Source: Octopus sinensis (taxonomy: Eukaryota). From it: a DNA stretch of 64,000 bases. The stretch lies in assembly GCF_006345805.1 (NCBI RefSeq), contig NC_042997.1:134788001-134852000 (forward strand), given 5' to 3'. Each line of letters begins with the position of its first letter. Position 1 is the stretch's first letter. The position numbers and the translations under genes were made by a program. Under the pieces are notes generated by a model. That model was not told the origin of the DNA, searched no databases, and worked only from the letters and a program-made list of their open reading frames with translations. Positions 1-12,571 of the stretch are shown here, in pieces.

Positions 1-120
1 TAAATACTAGACTTTAAAAATAAGTTCTGTGGCCAATTTGTTCGACTAAACCCCTTTAAAGCAGTGCTCCAGCATGGCTTCCGTCAAATATACCTGAAAC
101 TAGTAAAAGAATAAAAGAAT
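1..120 (+). mobile_element. 3' fragment of a tRNA-derived SINE family
   Basis: Matches the tail of the copy at 1195-1378 (gtgctccagcatgg...gaaac...agtaaaagaataaaag). Confidence 0.55.
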
Positions 121-369
121 AAAATGTTCTGAGTCAAATTCTACCATTTTCTGATACACAAAACGTGATTGATTTTTAGTTGAATTTGTGAAATGTCAGC
201 ACTCTCAGGAAAACGCTGCAATTACAAAAGGGGGAATCATCAAAAGTGTCATAATCCTGATTAAAAACATCTGCAACAGTTAAAGACTGAAAATCATTCT
301 GTAACTTTATGGTTCTGTATGGAAGTGTAATAGACGGATACATTTACTTTGGACAACCAACATATAGAC

Positions 370-570
370 CAGTGGTTTTAAACCAGGGTTCCGCCAGTAC
401 AGTCCAAGGGTTCCGCAAGAAGTTACAAAACTGCTAAAATCGGCAGTAATTTTTAATTCTCCTGTGCAGATATGTGTGCATAAGACTATTAAATTATTGC
501 ACACGGGTTCCTCGAACCAGTGGAATGCTTCCTTGGGGTTCCGCTCCAGCAAAAATGTTGAAAAGCACTG
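370..570. mobile_element. hAT (Charlie/Buster-like) MITE
   Basis: Imperfect TIRs CAGTGGTTTTAAAC / GTTGAAAAGCACTG and a perfect 8-bp TSD ATATAGAC (362-369, 571-578) with the central TA typical of Buster-type hATs. Confidence 0.85.
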
Positions 571-987
571 ATATAGACAGTGGAGTGAACCTCAATTAAA
601 ATCCTTGCTGCTTGCAGTATAGCAATTGACCTAATCCATGGCTGAGAAAAGAAACATGTATATATAAACTCAAGTATATAAAACCCCTTTGAGCATTGAG
701 CAATGCGGCTGAATGACACCGGTATAAGTCGTGATGGGTTATGTGATAGTCGGAGAAGGGAAACAGAGAGAGAGAGAGAGAGAGAGAAAAGAAATTAAAA
801 GAAGCAGAGTAAAGGAAAGACAGAGTGGCACAAAAATATTTCAAGAATATTTCTACAGATGGGTTAAAAATTAATGAGTGCGATTATCAGGATTAAATAA
901 AAAGAAGACAACAAACGGAAACTATGACATACCTACATACAAATACATACACAAACACACACACACACAAACTCTCACACACACATA

Positions 988-1378
988 GGCGCAGGAGTGG
1001 CTGTGTGGTAAGTAGCTTGCTAACCAACCACATGGTTCCGTGTTCAGTCCCACTGCGTGGCATCTTGGGCAAGTGTCTTCTGCTATAGCCCCGGGCCGAC
1101 CAATGCCTTGTGAGTGGATTTGGTAGACGGAAACTGAAAGAAGCCTGTCGTATATATGTATATATATATGTGTGTTTGTGTGTCTGTGTTTGTCCCCCTA
1201 GCATCGCTTGACAACCGATGCTGGTGTGTTTACGTCCTCGTCACTTAGCGGTTCGGCAAAAAAGAGACCGATAGAATAAGTACTGGGCTTACAAAGAATA
1301 AGTCCCGGGGTCGAGTTGCTCGATTAAAGGCGGTGCTCCAGCATGGCCGCAGTCAAATGACTGAAACAAGTAAAGAGA
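988..1378 (+). mobile_element. Composite tRNA-derived SINE (head, internal (TA)/(TG) microsatellite, tail)
   Basis: A/B-box-like head (ggagtggctgtgtggtaag...ggttccgtgttcagtcc). The same architecture recurs inverted at 14255-14772, 32085-32590 and 55790-56300. Confidence 0.8.
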
Positions 1379-1558
1379 GAAAATATATATATATATATAT
1401 ATATATATCACTGGTCCTACAAAGTTATAATTGAAGACACTTGCCCACGATGCCACACAGTGGCTCTGTACCTGAAATCACGTGGTTGTGAAACGAACTT
1501 CTTAACATCACAGCTATGTCTGGTCCTATAAGTAAGGTAACATTTAGTAAATTTGGCC

Positions 1559-1712
<154 letters not shown>

Positions 1713-2019
1713 AGATTCACATATGTATGTGTGTAGGTTTTATGCATGTATGCATGTACGTTTATCAGTCAGGAAGTCCATTTGACATTCAGTCAGTTTT
1801 CATAAAATTTACTTGACTGAGTTTTTTTTCCCCTGAGGGTGGGGCGAACGAACTTTTATTAACCATAAATTTTTATAGGAAGAAAAGAAAAGGAAGAAAA
1901 AAGATTAAATTGTGGAGAAAGATCCCAGAGTTACTTCAACAAGGAAATAAAGAAAAAGAAAAAAGGTGGGGTGGGGTGGGGCGAATTCAGTCACAAATGA
2001 TTGAGGATGTGGTTGAAGT

Positions 2020-2490
2020 AACATATTGTACAGCCCAGTTCAAATGGTATGTTCAGTCGCACCTTGCAGACACAATTGCAAAGGCCTTGTTGGGAAGAAC
2101 GGCCTGCGACACTTGCTGCAACAACCACCCCTCCACGCAGGTCTTATTTCTCAGAAGAGCTGCTATTATCCCTATTTTACGGAGGAAATCAGTAGTGTAG
2201 GGTTCAAGAACACCTACGTACTCAATGGCGACTAGTACAAACACAGTCAGGCCCCTTTGTTTATATATCTTCCTCTCCTCTGTGTTAAGGGTGTCGGTAG
2301 CTGGGTTGACACCGATACAGCAAGGTTGGAGACGGAAAATGTGTTGCAGTGTATGGCGTATAAGAATAAGGATCTGCCTCCCTCGTATGGAAAGAGGGTC
2401 AGTATGTCGAGGCACTCACCATCCCAGTGATCAAGACCTACTGGCTCTCGTTGTGACGGGAAGCCGGTTGCATCGAAGTCCCTTATGATG
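2020..2490 (-). mobile_element. Decayed CRE-like non-LTR retrotransposon, restriction-like endonuclease C-terminus
   Basis: Frameshifted minus-strand translation GFPSQREPVGLDHWDGECLDILTLFPY / RSLFLYAIHCNTFSVSNL / EERKIYK..F VLVAIEYVGVLEPYTTDFLRKIG...LLQQVSQAV follows the CRE-type RLE pattern (EPxGL..DGKRPDG, K..KY, F.P..VE..G, QR.S.A). Confidence 0.6.
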
Positions 2491-2758
2491 ATTATTGTTC
2501 AGAGTGGTGTTTCAGGGATCAGGCCTGTGTTATGATTGCTGTGTTCATCTTTAAAAATTTGTATCGTTAAAACACATATCTAGTTATGGTTTAAGTTATT
2601 GTGCCTCGTGCAATTATATTAGACAGAGATCAATTCGATTACAAAAATAGTATTATACCTCACGTAGCAAACTAGCTTCACACAGAACTATTCGTTTTAA
2701 CAACTTAAGTGAAGTAATAATATACGTAGTTGTCATAAAATATAAAAAAGTGCGTTAC

Positions 2759-2961
2759 CTTGGTCTTGGTTTAGTATCAAGAAAATGTAGATTAATTTCT
2801 GTACCATTTTCGAAAGTACATGAACAGCTATCATTTTTTAGACATTTTCCACCTGCTGATATTGATTTTGTTCTTAAATTATGTCCATTGCTATAGCACG
2901 ATACTTGTAGGATACCATGTAAAATATACAGTATAATTAAGCAGATCGAATAGTGAGACAT
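2759..2961 (-). CDS. First coding exon of a secreted/membrane protein, probably M6PR/ATG27 (MRH-domain)-like
   Basis: ATG at 2961, hydrophobic signal peptide (MSHYSICLIILYILHGILQVSC), then CLKNDSCSCTFENGTEINLHFL resembling the C..xSCxC..dG..IdL motif of invertebrate MRH-domain proteins. Ends at a phase-2 donor AG|GTAAC (intron starts 2758). Downstream exons not found in the window. Confidence 0.6.
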
Positions 2962-3438
2962 CGTTTTGTTCTCCAGCAACAATTTCGTAGATAAAATAGT
3001 AAGAAAGAGATTTCAAATCTTATGTACTTCAGGGCAACTTAATGCTTGTTGTTTGTTATTATGGAAAATATGAGTAAGGTAGTGACATGAAATAGATAAA
3101 AGAAAATGTTGTCATTACTAACAGTATTTAGTGAAAAGTAAAATGTACCTAACCTACTTCCTTACTTAGCTAACATTTTAAGTCACGCTCGAGTGAATTG
3201 TAACTTGTATGTAATTTGAAAGCAGTCGTATCTATAATATAGAAAATCGGAAAACCCAGACCTCTCTTATACACATATTAGCTTATCAACATTAAGTGTA
3301 TTTCGTAAGCGGCCATACACATATTTTTAGCTGGTGTATGAATAGTTTGCATAAAAATGATCTTTGCCACGTATCTACATATCCAACAATGTAACTCTCT
3401 TTGTCATTCTTTCTTTCTTTCTTTCTTTCTTTATTTTT

Positions 3439-3474
<36 letters not shown>

Positions 3475-4811
3475 TCATTCTCTCTCTCTCTCTCTGCTGT
3501 ATCTTTCACTCTCTCAATATGTATGTCTATATACTTACACACATATATGTGCGTGTGTGTGTGTGTATATATAGAGAGATAGAGAGAGAGAGAGAGAGGG
3601 AGGGAGGGGGAGAGAAGGATTGTAAATACATTATGGCTGTTGCAAGTGGCTCCATTTAATTGATGAATGAAAACGCTATATCAATTTGAAAGAAAATATT
3701 CTCTTCAGATGCAGATGACCATATAGATTTCAAACATAAAGGATAAACCATTTTCAACAAATTTACATCAATAACAGAAACTAAAATAATTACGTTGTTT
3801 CCTTGTGTTATATCTGTAGCAGAATGAGTTGAGAAAATAATTCATATCTTATTAAGCCTGCCTCTAATTTAGAGAGTAGCAGAGGAAAAATAGTGGGGGT
3901 CAAGATAAAAGAATGGTAATGTAGTTATTTATATTTAGATGTAGTCTTCAACTATTTTTGAATTAAATCCATTGGGAGTTGTTAACTTTATTCTAGTTGA
4001 TGGTGATAAATCAATTAATGTCAGACAATCTTCTAGACCCTCATTGTACTGGAACCATATATCTAGCTTTATCTACATAAAGGGACATGTTGCAGAGTTG
4101 CTAGTAAGGGAATGACTGATGGGGAAGAGATGGTAACTAAAAGAAGGAAGGATAGGGGTGGTCGTTAATTACTTAGTTTATCAAATAAAGGGGAATATAA
4201 TGAAAAACAAAAGAGATAAGTAATAAGAGATAAGAGATAAGTTTTAAGGGTGGAAATTAGAATTGAGGGATACAGGAGGTAGTGATTCATAACTTAGCAA
4301 ATTTATCATATTAAATTGAGAAAATTTAAATCACTATAGAGAAGAGTGATAGAAATTAAACTTAAAACCTAATAATGGAATTCTTTAATACACAAGAAAA
4401 ACTATTAAGACATTTTCTAAGCATACTATTAAGATGGTCAGGATAAAACCATTCTACTATGAATGTATAACTAAAATAAATTTTCATGTGAGTAGGATTA
4501 CATAGTATATATCAAAGCAATAACAAGGACTATTTTCTTTATTACAAGTGGATAAGTATAAGATATTGAAAATATGGAATCGAATATAAGAGGTAATTGA
4601 ATTAGAGGTATACTAAATGTATAAGGGAGTACAAGTGGAAGCAATAGCTAAACCGATCTGGGCATGTAAACATTTAATGAGTATTGCATACTTAAAAAAT
4701 ATACTAAAATAAAGATGTCCATACGCAGTGACTTTATTTTTAAAAAAACCTTGTAAAAAATTATTTATAAATTATAAACACAAGGAAAAAATTATAAAAG
4801 GATATATGAAT

Positions 4812-5858
4812 TATCATCATCATCATCATCATCATCGTCGTCGTTTAATGTCCGCTTTCCATGCTGGCATGGGTTGGACAGTTTGACTGAGGGCTGGCAA
4901 GTCAGAAGACTGCACTTGGCTCCAATCTGATTTGGGAGAGTTTCTATAGCTGGATGCTCCTCCTAACGCCAACGACTCCGAGAGTGTAGTGGGTGCTTTT
5001 TACGTGCCACCGGCACGAGGCAACGACCACGCTCGAATGGTGCTTTTTACGTTCCACCGGTACGGAAGCGAATCAGGCGGCACTAGCAACGATCACGCTC
5101 GAATGGTGCTTTTTACGTGTCACCGGCAAGGGTGCCAATCAGGCGGTACTGTCATCGTTCATAAGAATGACTTTACTTGACTCAACAGGTCTTCGCAAGC
5201 GCAGTTTTTTTGCCCAATGATGGAAGGGTACTCTTAGATGGGCCGGTTATGCTGCACTGGAATAGGCCACGGTTACGGTCTCACTTGCCGGATCTTCTCG
5301 AGCACAGCATATCCCCAAAGGTCTCGGTCACTTGTCAACGCCCTCGTGAGGCCCAACGTTCGAAGGTCGTGCTTCACCACCTCCTCCCAGGTTTTCCTGG
5401 GTCTGTCACTTTCACAGGTTCCCTCTACTGCTAGGGTGTGACACTTTTTACACAGCTGTTCTCATCCATAAGCAACACACGACCATACCAACACAATCGT
5501 CTCTCTTGCACACCACATCTGATGCGTCTTATGTCCAACTTTTCTCTCAGAGTGCTTACACTATGTCATGTAATGTACACTGGCATTACACATCCAGCAG
5601 AGCATACTAGCTTTATTTCTTGCAAGCTTACGCATGTCTTCAGCAGTCACGGCCCATGTTTCACTGCCATGTAGCATGGCTGTTCGCACACATGCATCAT
5701 ACAGTCTACCGTTTACTCTGAGCGAGAGGCCCTTTGTCACAAGCAGAGGTGGAAGCTCTCTAAACTTTGCCCAGGCTATTCTTATTTTAGCAGCTACACT
5801 CTCAGAGCATCCATCCCCGCTACTGACTTGGTCACCTAGGTAACGGAAGCTATCAACT
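4812..5858 (-). mobile_element. 5'-truncated RTE-clade LINE
   Basis: RT C-terminus VDSFRYLGD...IRIAWAKFREL..LL...GRLYDACVRTAMLHGSETW, frameshifted continuation to ~5200, 3'UTR with three ~57-bp tandem units (~4995-5150), and a (GAT)n tail at ~4812-4840. Confidence 0.85.
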
Positions 5859-5859
5859 G

Positions 5860-6700
5860 GTGTCTCTGCTTCTAATTTTGATGTCTGCTTAAGGAGCTGC
5901 CTCAGCTGTCGTTGAGGGTGCAGTATCTTTTCCAGAAGGTGGAGGAGCCGAATCTTTCTCGGATGGTGGGGAAGCCTGCACTCTGCTCTTATGTGGCCCT
6001 TTTGACCACATTTGTAGCATGTGGGCTTCCACCCCTCGACTATCACCCGAAGCCTGGTCTCATCTCCCACTTGTATAGTCTACACAATTTGCTCTAAGTC
6101 AGCAGGGGCAGCTTGTATCAATATCTCTAGCCCTTGTCCTAGCCAGTTTTGTTGCTCTATTTTGGTTGCCTGGAGGATGGAAATTTTATCCTCCAGGCCC
6201 ATCACAAGTGCCGCCACCAACCAGGCAACATCCACCTTTGGAGGGATTTCTCTTACTCTTATCCTGGAAGTGCGTCGTCCAAGGTATGTGAGTAGGAGGA
6301 CCACCTCTGCAGATTTCAGGGAGGCCGTGGAATGTTGCCCGGCCTTTTCTTCAGTTTTGAACCTCACCTTGATAGTTGCACATCTCTTGCACCTGGGCAA
6401 GTAGGTGACATATTGCCATGCCGGCTTCAGGCGTATCTCCACAGCGTCTTTCGACGCCATATCCAATTTCTTGCTATTAACAATAAACGATTTATATGCA
6501 ATAGTATAACGGACGCGTTGTGCATCACTTCACTGGGAGGAGCCACTTTCACTTCGTGCCATTCTCTTTGAATCAGTCCTTTATACTTGATGAGTTTGTT
6601 TACATCAGCTGCCCCTGCAAAATTTGTAACTTTGTTATTTCTTGGTTCGATTTCTTCTTCAATAGGCATGATCAAAATTGGTTCAGAAGAAGTACTCATT
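5860..6700 (-). mobile_element. Tx1/L1-clade ORF1 remnant (copy C)
   Basis: ...LLLTYLGRRTSRIRVREIPP... followed by the zinc knuckle CYKCGQKGHIRAEC (CX2CX4HX4C). Confidence 0.75.
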
Positions 6701-6924
6701 TTTCAACTAATAATTTTGGGTATAAACACGCCATAAAAACAATGATAATTTCCCCCTTCACACAAGGAGGAGAAAGGTTCACAATTCTGTCAAACACAGT
6801 AAAATCAAGTGTTTTTTTTAAATACATGACAAATGGAAAAACAGCAAATTCAACAGTTAAAATACCAATTAATATAACCAGCAACTTGTAATACGTCAAA
6901 CTCAGCATTCAAATTACGAATTAA

Positions 6925-9900
6925 TTTTATTCAAGCTACGAGGGCCAAACATAGAGGGAACGATACAACATGAACACGGGGTCGGGAAGCGTATGCAAAT
7001 ACATAGAAATGAAGAATTAAAAATTTATGATAATAAGACGAATGAAAAACAAACAATACAAGAGTACAATGAAGTGGTGCGGACAGTTACGACCCCGCAA
7101 GACACGTTCCTCCACTGGACATTTTGATTTACCCGTTATACACACACGCAGGATCTTTCATTCCCAACATGTATACCACTTGCTTCCATCTTTTACCATA
7201 CATATCCGATGACACCTCCACTCTAACCGTATTTTCCTTCGTAGAAGGAAAACAAAGAGATGAAGATACCTGTCACCAATCCTTTCGTTCGTGTCTTCCA
7301 TATAGCCTTTTTCGCTATAGAGACCACTACGAGAAAACACACCTTATCTTCTCTGTTCAGTGAGTGGGAAGAACAATCTTTATAACTGACTCGGACGACA
7401 GCTGTACTCTTCCCAGACGTGACAGCAGTCGTTCGACGTAAACCCACAGCTCTGTAATCCTCGAACACTGCCAAATGCGTGTGGAACAGTTTCACTTCCC
7501 GCCCACATCTTGGGCAGGCGGGTTAGCATAAGGCTCCGTGCCTTGCGAGTTATCGTGGACTGGTAAGGCTCCTTAGCAACATTGCCAGGTTAGGGACCTC
7601 TGGAAGTTGTCCAAGGGTCCCGGCCCGAATGTCCTTCGGAACAGGCTGGCCATCGTCAAAGCCTAGGGTTTCTCCCAGGGCGTCATCACACTTGGCATCT
7701 ACCAACCCTCTATAGAATGACGAGGTGAAACCCATGCTACCAGCAACGCCCATGTCCGTGCGGCAGAGGAGCAGGAGTGCCTTACGACACTCGGTCTGCC
7801 AAGCACCCAACTTTGGTCTACTTTTGATCCATGGTTCTAGTTCACTAAAACTAGTGAACATAGGAAGCAACAGTTTGACGAACGGAGCCCACACCCGTTC
7901 ACCATCCAGGTAAAGCCAAAGATGCCTTAGTCTCAGCTCGTGCTTGCGCATCATCAGCCAATGTATCCCTAGCCCACCCTTTAGCGGTTGTTGGCAACAG
8001 ATAGAGCGCCTTACAAAAGGTCCTTTGCCCTTCCACAAGAAGCGGAAGAACAATCGTTCCAACTTGCTTAGCCACGAATCGAGACGAGACAGGACGGTTA
8101 AGCGGTAGGTGATCACAGATGCGATAAACACATTTGCGACCTCTGCCCTCCCTTTCAGGGATAGCCATCGTCCAGACCAGATCTGGGTTAGATGGGCTAT
8201 CCTGCTCGTGATCTCGCTCCAAGTTTTCTTTAACTGGAGGTCTGGCCCAAACCAGACCCCTAGCTTGTTCACCGGACTGTCTGTCCAACGTCCCACGACG
8301 CTCTTGGACGGCAATGACTTGCCTCTCCAAGTGCTGAGCTGCAAGCCGGCCGACTTTTCCCGGTTAATTATTGCTACTGCCACCACCTCGTATTTTTTAA
8401 CGGCTTCAGCTACCCACTGTAGGTGTCTCGCCTTAGATACAATGATGGTGATGTCATCCATGTACGCCGTCACTGATCTTCTGCAACCTAGATTTCGCAG
8501 GAAGCCACTCATACACTCCAACTTCCGCAGAAAGGGCTTGAGAGCCAGTACATACAGAAGTGGGGAGAGCAGACATCTTTGACGAACCGAGCGCTTGATA
8601 GAGAACGGTTCTGAAAAGAAACCGTTTCACCCGATCGATCGAGTGATTGTTGCTGTAAAACTCTATGATCCAACTGCGAAAGATCGGGCCCAACCCGACT
8701 GCCGCGAGAACCGTCACCAGATACCGATCCTATCGAAAGCTTTAGCTTGGTCTAAATGGACCAGTGCCCCATCCTTGCCAGGTACCTTATTAACCCGCTC
8801 TAAGGTATAGCGTATAAGATGGAGAATATCGTGTATGGACCGGCTGGGGATAGCACAAGTTTGCGCCTCCCTGACGATTCCACCCACGACCCGCACCAAT
8901 GTGTTTGCTAATACCTTGGCCAAAATCTTCAACTCTGCGTTCAGCGGAGTGATGGGCCGAAAGTTATTCACTAGATCCCCTTTGTCTGGGTCCTTCCTTA
9001 GCAGTGTCACCATTCCCCGGATCAAAGGTTTGGGCATGAACCTATTCTACTGCCAATTGGTGAAAATGTAAATGCCCAAATAATTCTGGCATGCTGTAAT
9101 AAAATTCGTAGGGAAGACCATCCAATCCTGATAACCTCTCTCCACGACAATCCGACAAAGCATACTCTACGTCCGCAGCTGTGATCAGCTTTTTACAGCA
9201 TTCCGCTTCCTGCACCGAAAGATGCGGCAAACCGGTGAGGAAATCCGTAGGGTCCATCTTGCGCTCCGGTCCATCGCCCATCCCAAAAAGCTGGCCGAAA
9301 TGCTCGTAAAAAACCTTGCACATCTCTGGTTCGTTTACCAATTGCCCGTGTTTGTTCGTCATAGACCTTATTTTGGTATCATTACCGTGTTGGGCTTCTA
9401 CGACACGAGCCCCTCTCGCAGCGTTGATCCCTCTCGTCCAATTGTACGAAGCCTAGCTCTGATAATGCACCCTTCGTGTTTAGTATCGTGGTGTTGGTTG
9501 AGCGTCAATCTCGCGGCCAGTACTTTGGATGCACTGCCAGTCCGCAATGCTCCTTTTAGGGCCTTAACTAAGTCCCTTTCTACTCTGTTCTTCTAATTTG
9601 CTAATTCCTTACTAAATAGGACTCAGACTTAATGGCTCTTTTGAGGGCACGCCACCATTTATTGTTAATAATGGCATCTGTCAGAGCCCTCTTCACTAGC
9701 TGACTAATCCGGTTCCTATACTCCTCACAGATCAAAAGAGACCTGTTGAGTTTCTTGTAGCCGAGTCCTTGTCTACATATCCTGTCTAAGACAAGCGTAC
9801 AGGACACAAGCTTGTGATCGCTGTATCTGACATAGTGGAACTGTGGACAACTAGCTATATTCTTATCCTTATGTCTAACTATAATCTTATTTAGATAAGA

Positions 9901-10490
9901 TCTAGAAGATCCGTTGCTGTTCGTCCATATCCACACTGGAGCGCCCGGAAATTCTAGTCTTTACTGGTCTGTCAGCTGAAAGCGACTGAGCAGAGCGGTG
10001 AAGCATGGGTTACCCTTTCTATTTGGATTCGAGTCAACACAATCTGCGCATGCATCGCAGATTGTGATAGAGTCACCTAAAAATACTAAAGTATGAGACG
10101 AGCTTATTAGATTTTCTTGGCTTCTAAATTAGTCAGACTGTCTAGTCCTGAAGCAGGTGTAGATACCTACCAGCCTGAATGTTTTACCACTAGTGATCGT
10201 CACACCAAGGACAACCAACTTGCCTTCCCGGTCAATAAAAATTGTTCTAATCTCGAAAGCCAGATTTTTCCTGAGTGGAATTGTGACATCACTCCCTCCC
10301 ACTGGTTGGCATGGAGAAATAAATTTCTCGTAACCGTTCAGGAGTGGGGATAAAGGCTCACATCCCACTCAGTCTGGTTTCCGTGGCCGCTATCACATCC
10401 AATGTATGTAACCTGATGTCATTAAGGAAGTGACCTTGCTTCCAGTCTGACCCCAGGCCACGTACATTTAAATATCCTACAGTGAGTATA
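6925..10490 (-). mobile_element. Tx1/L1-clade ORF2 (APE endonuclease, RT, CCHC), frameshifted, with 3'UTR
   Basis: APE start (LNVRGL...ATET, ~10480-10370; YSDHKLV ~9810), RT motifs (FRPITPLNAELKILAK, HLDQAKAFDR, AYMDDIT, WLSLKGRAEVAN, GGLG), C-terminal CPRCG..H..WQC at ~7510-7460, minus-strand AATAAA near 6925. Confidence 0.9.
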
Positions 10491-10519
10491 TCCATAAAAT
10501 GTCTTACCTTTGTTAGAGA

Positions 10520-11640
10520 AAGGATTATAATCCCTTCTCAGTATAGTCTTGCGGGGATTCTTTGGTTAGGCCCTCGTACATGGACGTACAAAAGTCCTTT
10601 CTGAGAGGGCCTATATCGTTGGGGAATCGGGAGCACAACATATTGTAATTTATCCAGTCTATGGAATAAATTTGAATCCCCTCTGGTAGGATGGTGTAAT
10701 GTTCTTTATAGGGTTCTGTAGATGGTATATCTTGCACTTCTACTGCCAAAAAATAATTCTTCGCATTTATTGCCATTAAGTTGAACTCGGCTGCTGTTGG
10801 GAAGAAGGGGAGGGGAAGTTCCTTTTCAGGACTGAGAGCGATAGATTTGGCTACTTTTTGTTAGTGTTGGAGTTGGGGTGGACTATTTGAAAATCGTTTG
10901 TGTCCGCTGGGGGAGATTTTCTTTTGTTGGTGCTGGGGCTAGAGTGGGTGGGTTGGGTGTTTCTCCTTTTTAATTTTTTGTGCGTTACAGTAGCCCTATG
11001 TATTTTAGTTTCCTTATTTTCGGTTTTTGGGGTAGTGTTTTCCTGTATGGATGGATCCTTTGTATCAGCTGTGGTCGTTGGTTCGGAGGTTTGGGGAGGG
11101 GAGGGACATTTAAAGCAGCGAGGCCTCCTCCCCTCGACCATCACACGTAACTTGGCCTCCTCTCCAATCTAGTGATGAGATGCTGCTTGAATGACTATTT
11201 CGAGCCTCTGGCTCGATTTTTGTGGCTTCGAGGATCGATATTTTATCCTCTAAGCCTATGATGAGTGTTGCACAAGGCCGGGTAACATTTTTCTCGGGAG
11301 AAATTTCTTCCACCGTTATTTTGGAAGTGCGCCTTACTAGGTAGGTTGGTAGCAGCACTACATCGGGTGTTTTTAAGGGTTTGATGGGGTGTTACCTGGC
11401 TTTTTCCTCACTTTTGAAATGCACAATGATTGTTGCAAATCTCTTGCCTATTGTCACAAAAGTAATGTCAAACCAAATAGGCTGTAGATATTTCTCCACT
11501 TCTTTCGATGCTATTTCTAGTTTTTTTCTCCTTAATTACTAGACTTTTGAACATAATTGTTTTTTGGTAGTGCTTTCTATACATTCACTTTGGAGGGTGG
11601 CTTTCAATTCATGCCCCTCTCTCTGAAACACCTATTTATG
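10520..11640 (-). mobile_element. Tx1/L1-clade ORF1 remnant (copy B)
   Basis: LEIASKEVEKYLQPIW...LLPTYLVRRTSKITV...VEGRRPRCFKC then a T/P/K-rich tail. Homologous to copy C and directly upstream of ORF2. Confidence 0.75.
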
Positions 11641-11739
11641 CTTGTTTAAAATTTCGGGTCCCACATTAAGAGTTTTCTCAGTATACCATCTGCAGCGGCG
11701 AAATTTACTTTGTTCAGCTATTCTTATGGGCGACCTTCA

Positions 11740-12571
11740 AGAAAATCCGTTTCAGTCGCACCTTGAGTCCCTTCCACCACCTCCACGTTTTCGAGCTTGG
11801 TCAGGATCTTGACATTCTTTGGTTCTTGTTCCTTTTGGGGGCACATCAAAAAGATGTGCCCCTTCTGGCCACAGCCATAAGAAGTTGGAGGTCTCCCCTC
11901 CAAATTTTTTCCAGTAACTCAATCACTTCCGGAATTCCGCTCAAGTGTGTCTGGGTGGGCTGGACAACTAATTCCAGGTCATAACCCCAGCAATTCAATT
12001 GCTGAGACCGCGTTGCCTGCGCAATTATTGGGTTTTCTTTTGTTCCCGAAAGTATGGCTTCTGCAGTCCATACCGCTTCTATCTCTGGCAGAATCCTGCC
12101 AACCCTTACCCTAGCGACTCGCTTCCCTAGGTAGGTTGGAAGGAGCAGCCATTCTTCTGATCTTATTGGTACAGTGGTGCGCTTCTCTGCCACCTCTATA
12201 GTGGCAAATTTTACCTCCACGGTACCGTACGTCCTACCACGGGTGTAGCAGGAGATGACATCTTTCCTTGGTTCGATACATTTTTCAATGACCTCCTCCG
12301 GATCCACTTCAATCTTCTTTCGGAGGAAACGCAAACTTCCATACGTTACTCTTTTTCTTTTCACATTTTTGGTTAATTTCTCCGAGGGAGTCAACTTCAC
12401 TTTCGACCCCTCTCTTTCTGTATAATGGAAACATTCACTTACATTAATATGGAGGATTTTAATTTCGCTCATTTTCAACTGTGATACTGTCTTGTTCTGT
12501 TTACCAGCCACCGACGCGTAGCTTTCTGCTCGTTCCTTCTCGTTGTTGATCTCCGGCATCCTACTTTCCAT
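11740..12571 (-). mobile_element. Tx1/L1-clade ORF1 (copy A), largely open
   Basis: MESRMPEINN...YASVA...GTVEVKF...LLLPTYLGKRVARVRVG, then after a frameshift EGRPPTSYGCGQKGHIFLMC (knuckle with first Cys lost). Confidence 0.75.

Noticed and set aside
180-275. Possible second exon of the M6PR-like gene (two minus-strand acceptor-like sites)
   Set aside because: Both close with a stop within ~13 codons in the required phase 2.
3700-3710. Minus-strand CTGAAGA
   Set aside because: No GAAA or stems at a compatible distance.
3830-4700. Purine-skewed tract that may be a decayed PLE RT (similar texture at ~33060-33800)
   Set aside because: No convincing protein motif could be read, so it is not listed as a feature.
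4995-5150. Three ~57-bp repeats with variable segments resembling a CRISPR array
   Set aside because: Eukaryotic context; the variable parts are homologous to each other; it is a minisatellite in an RTE 3'UTR.
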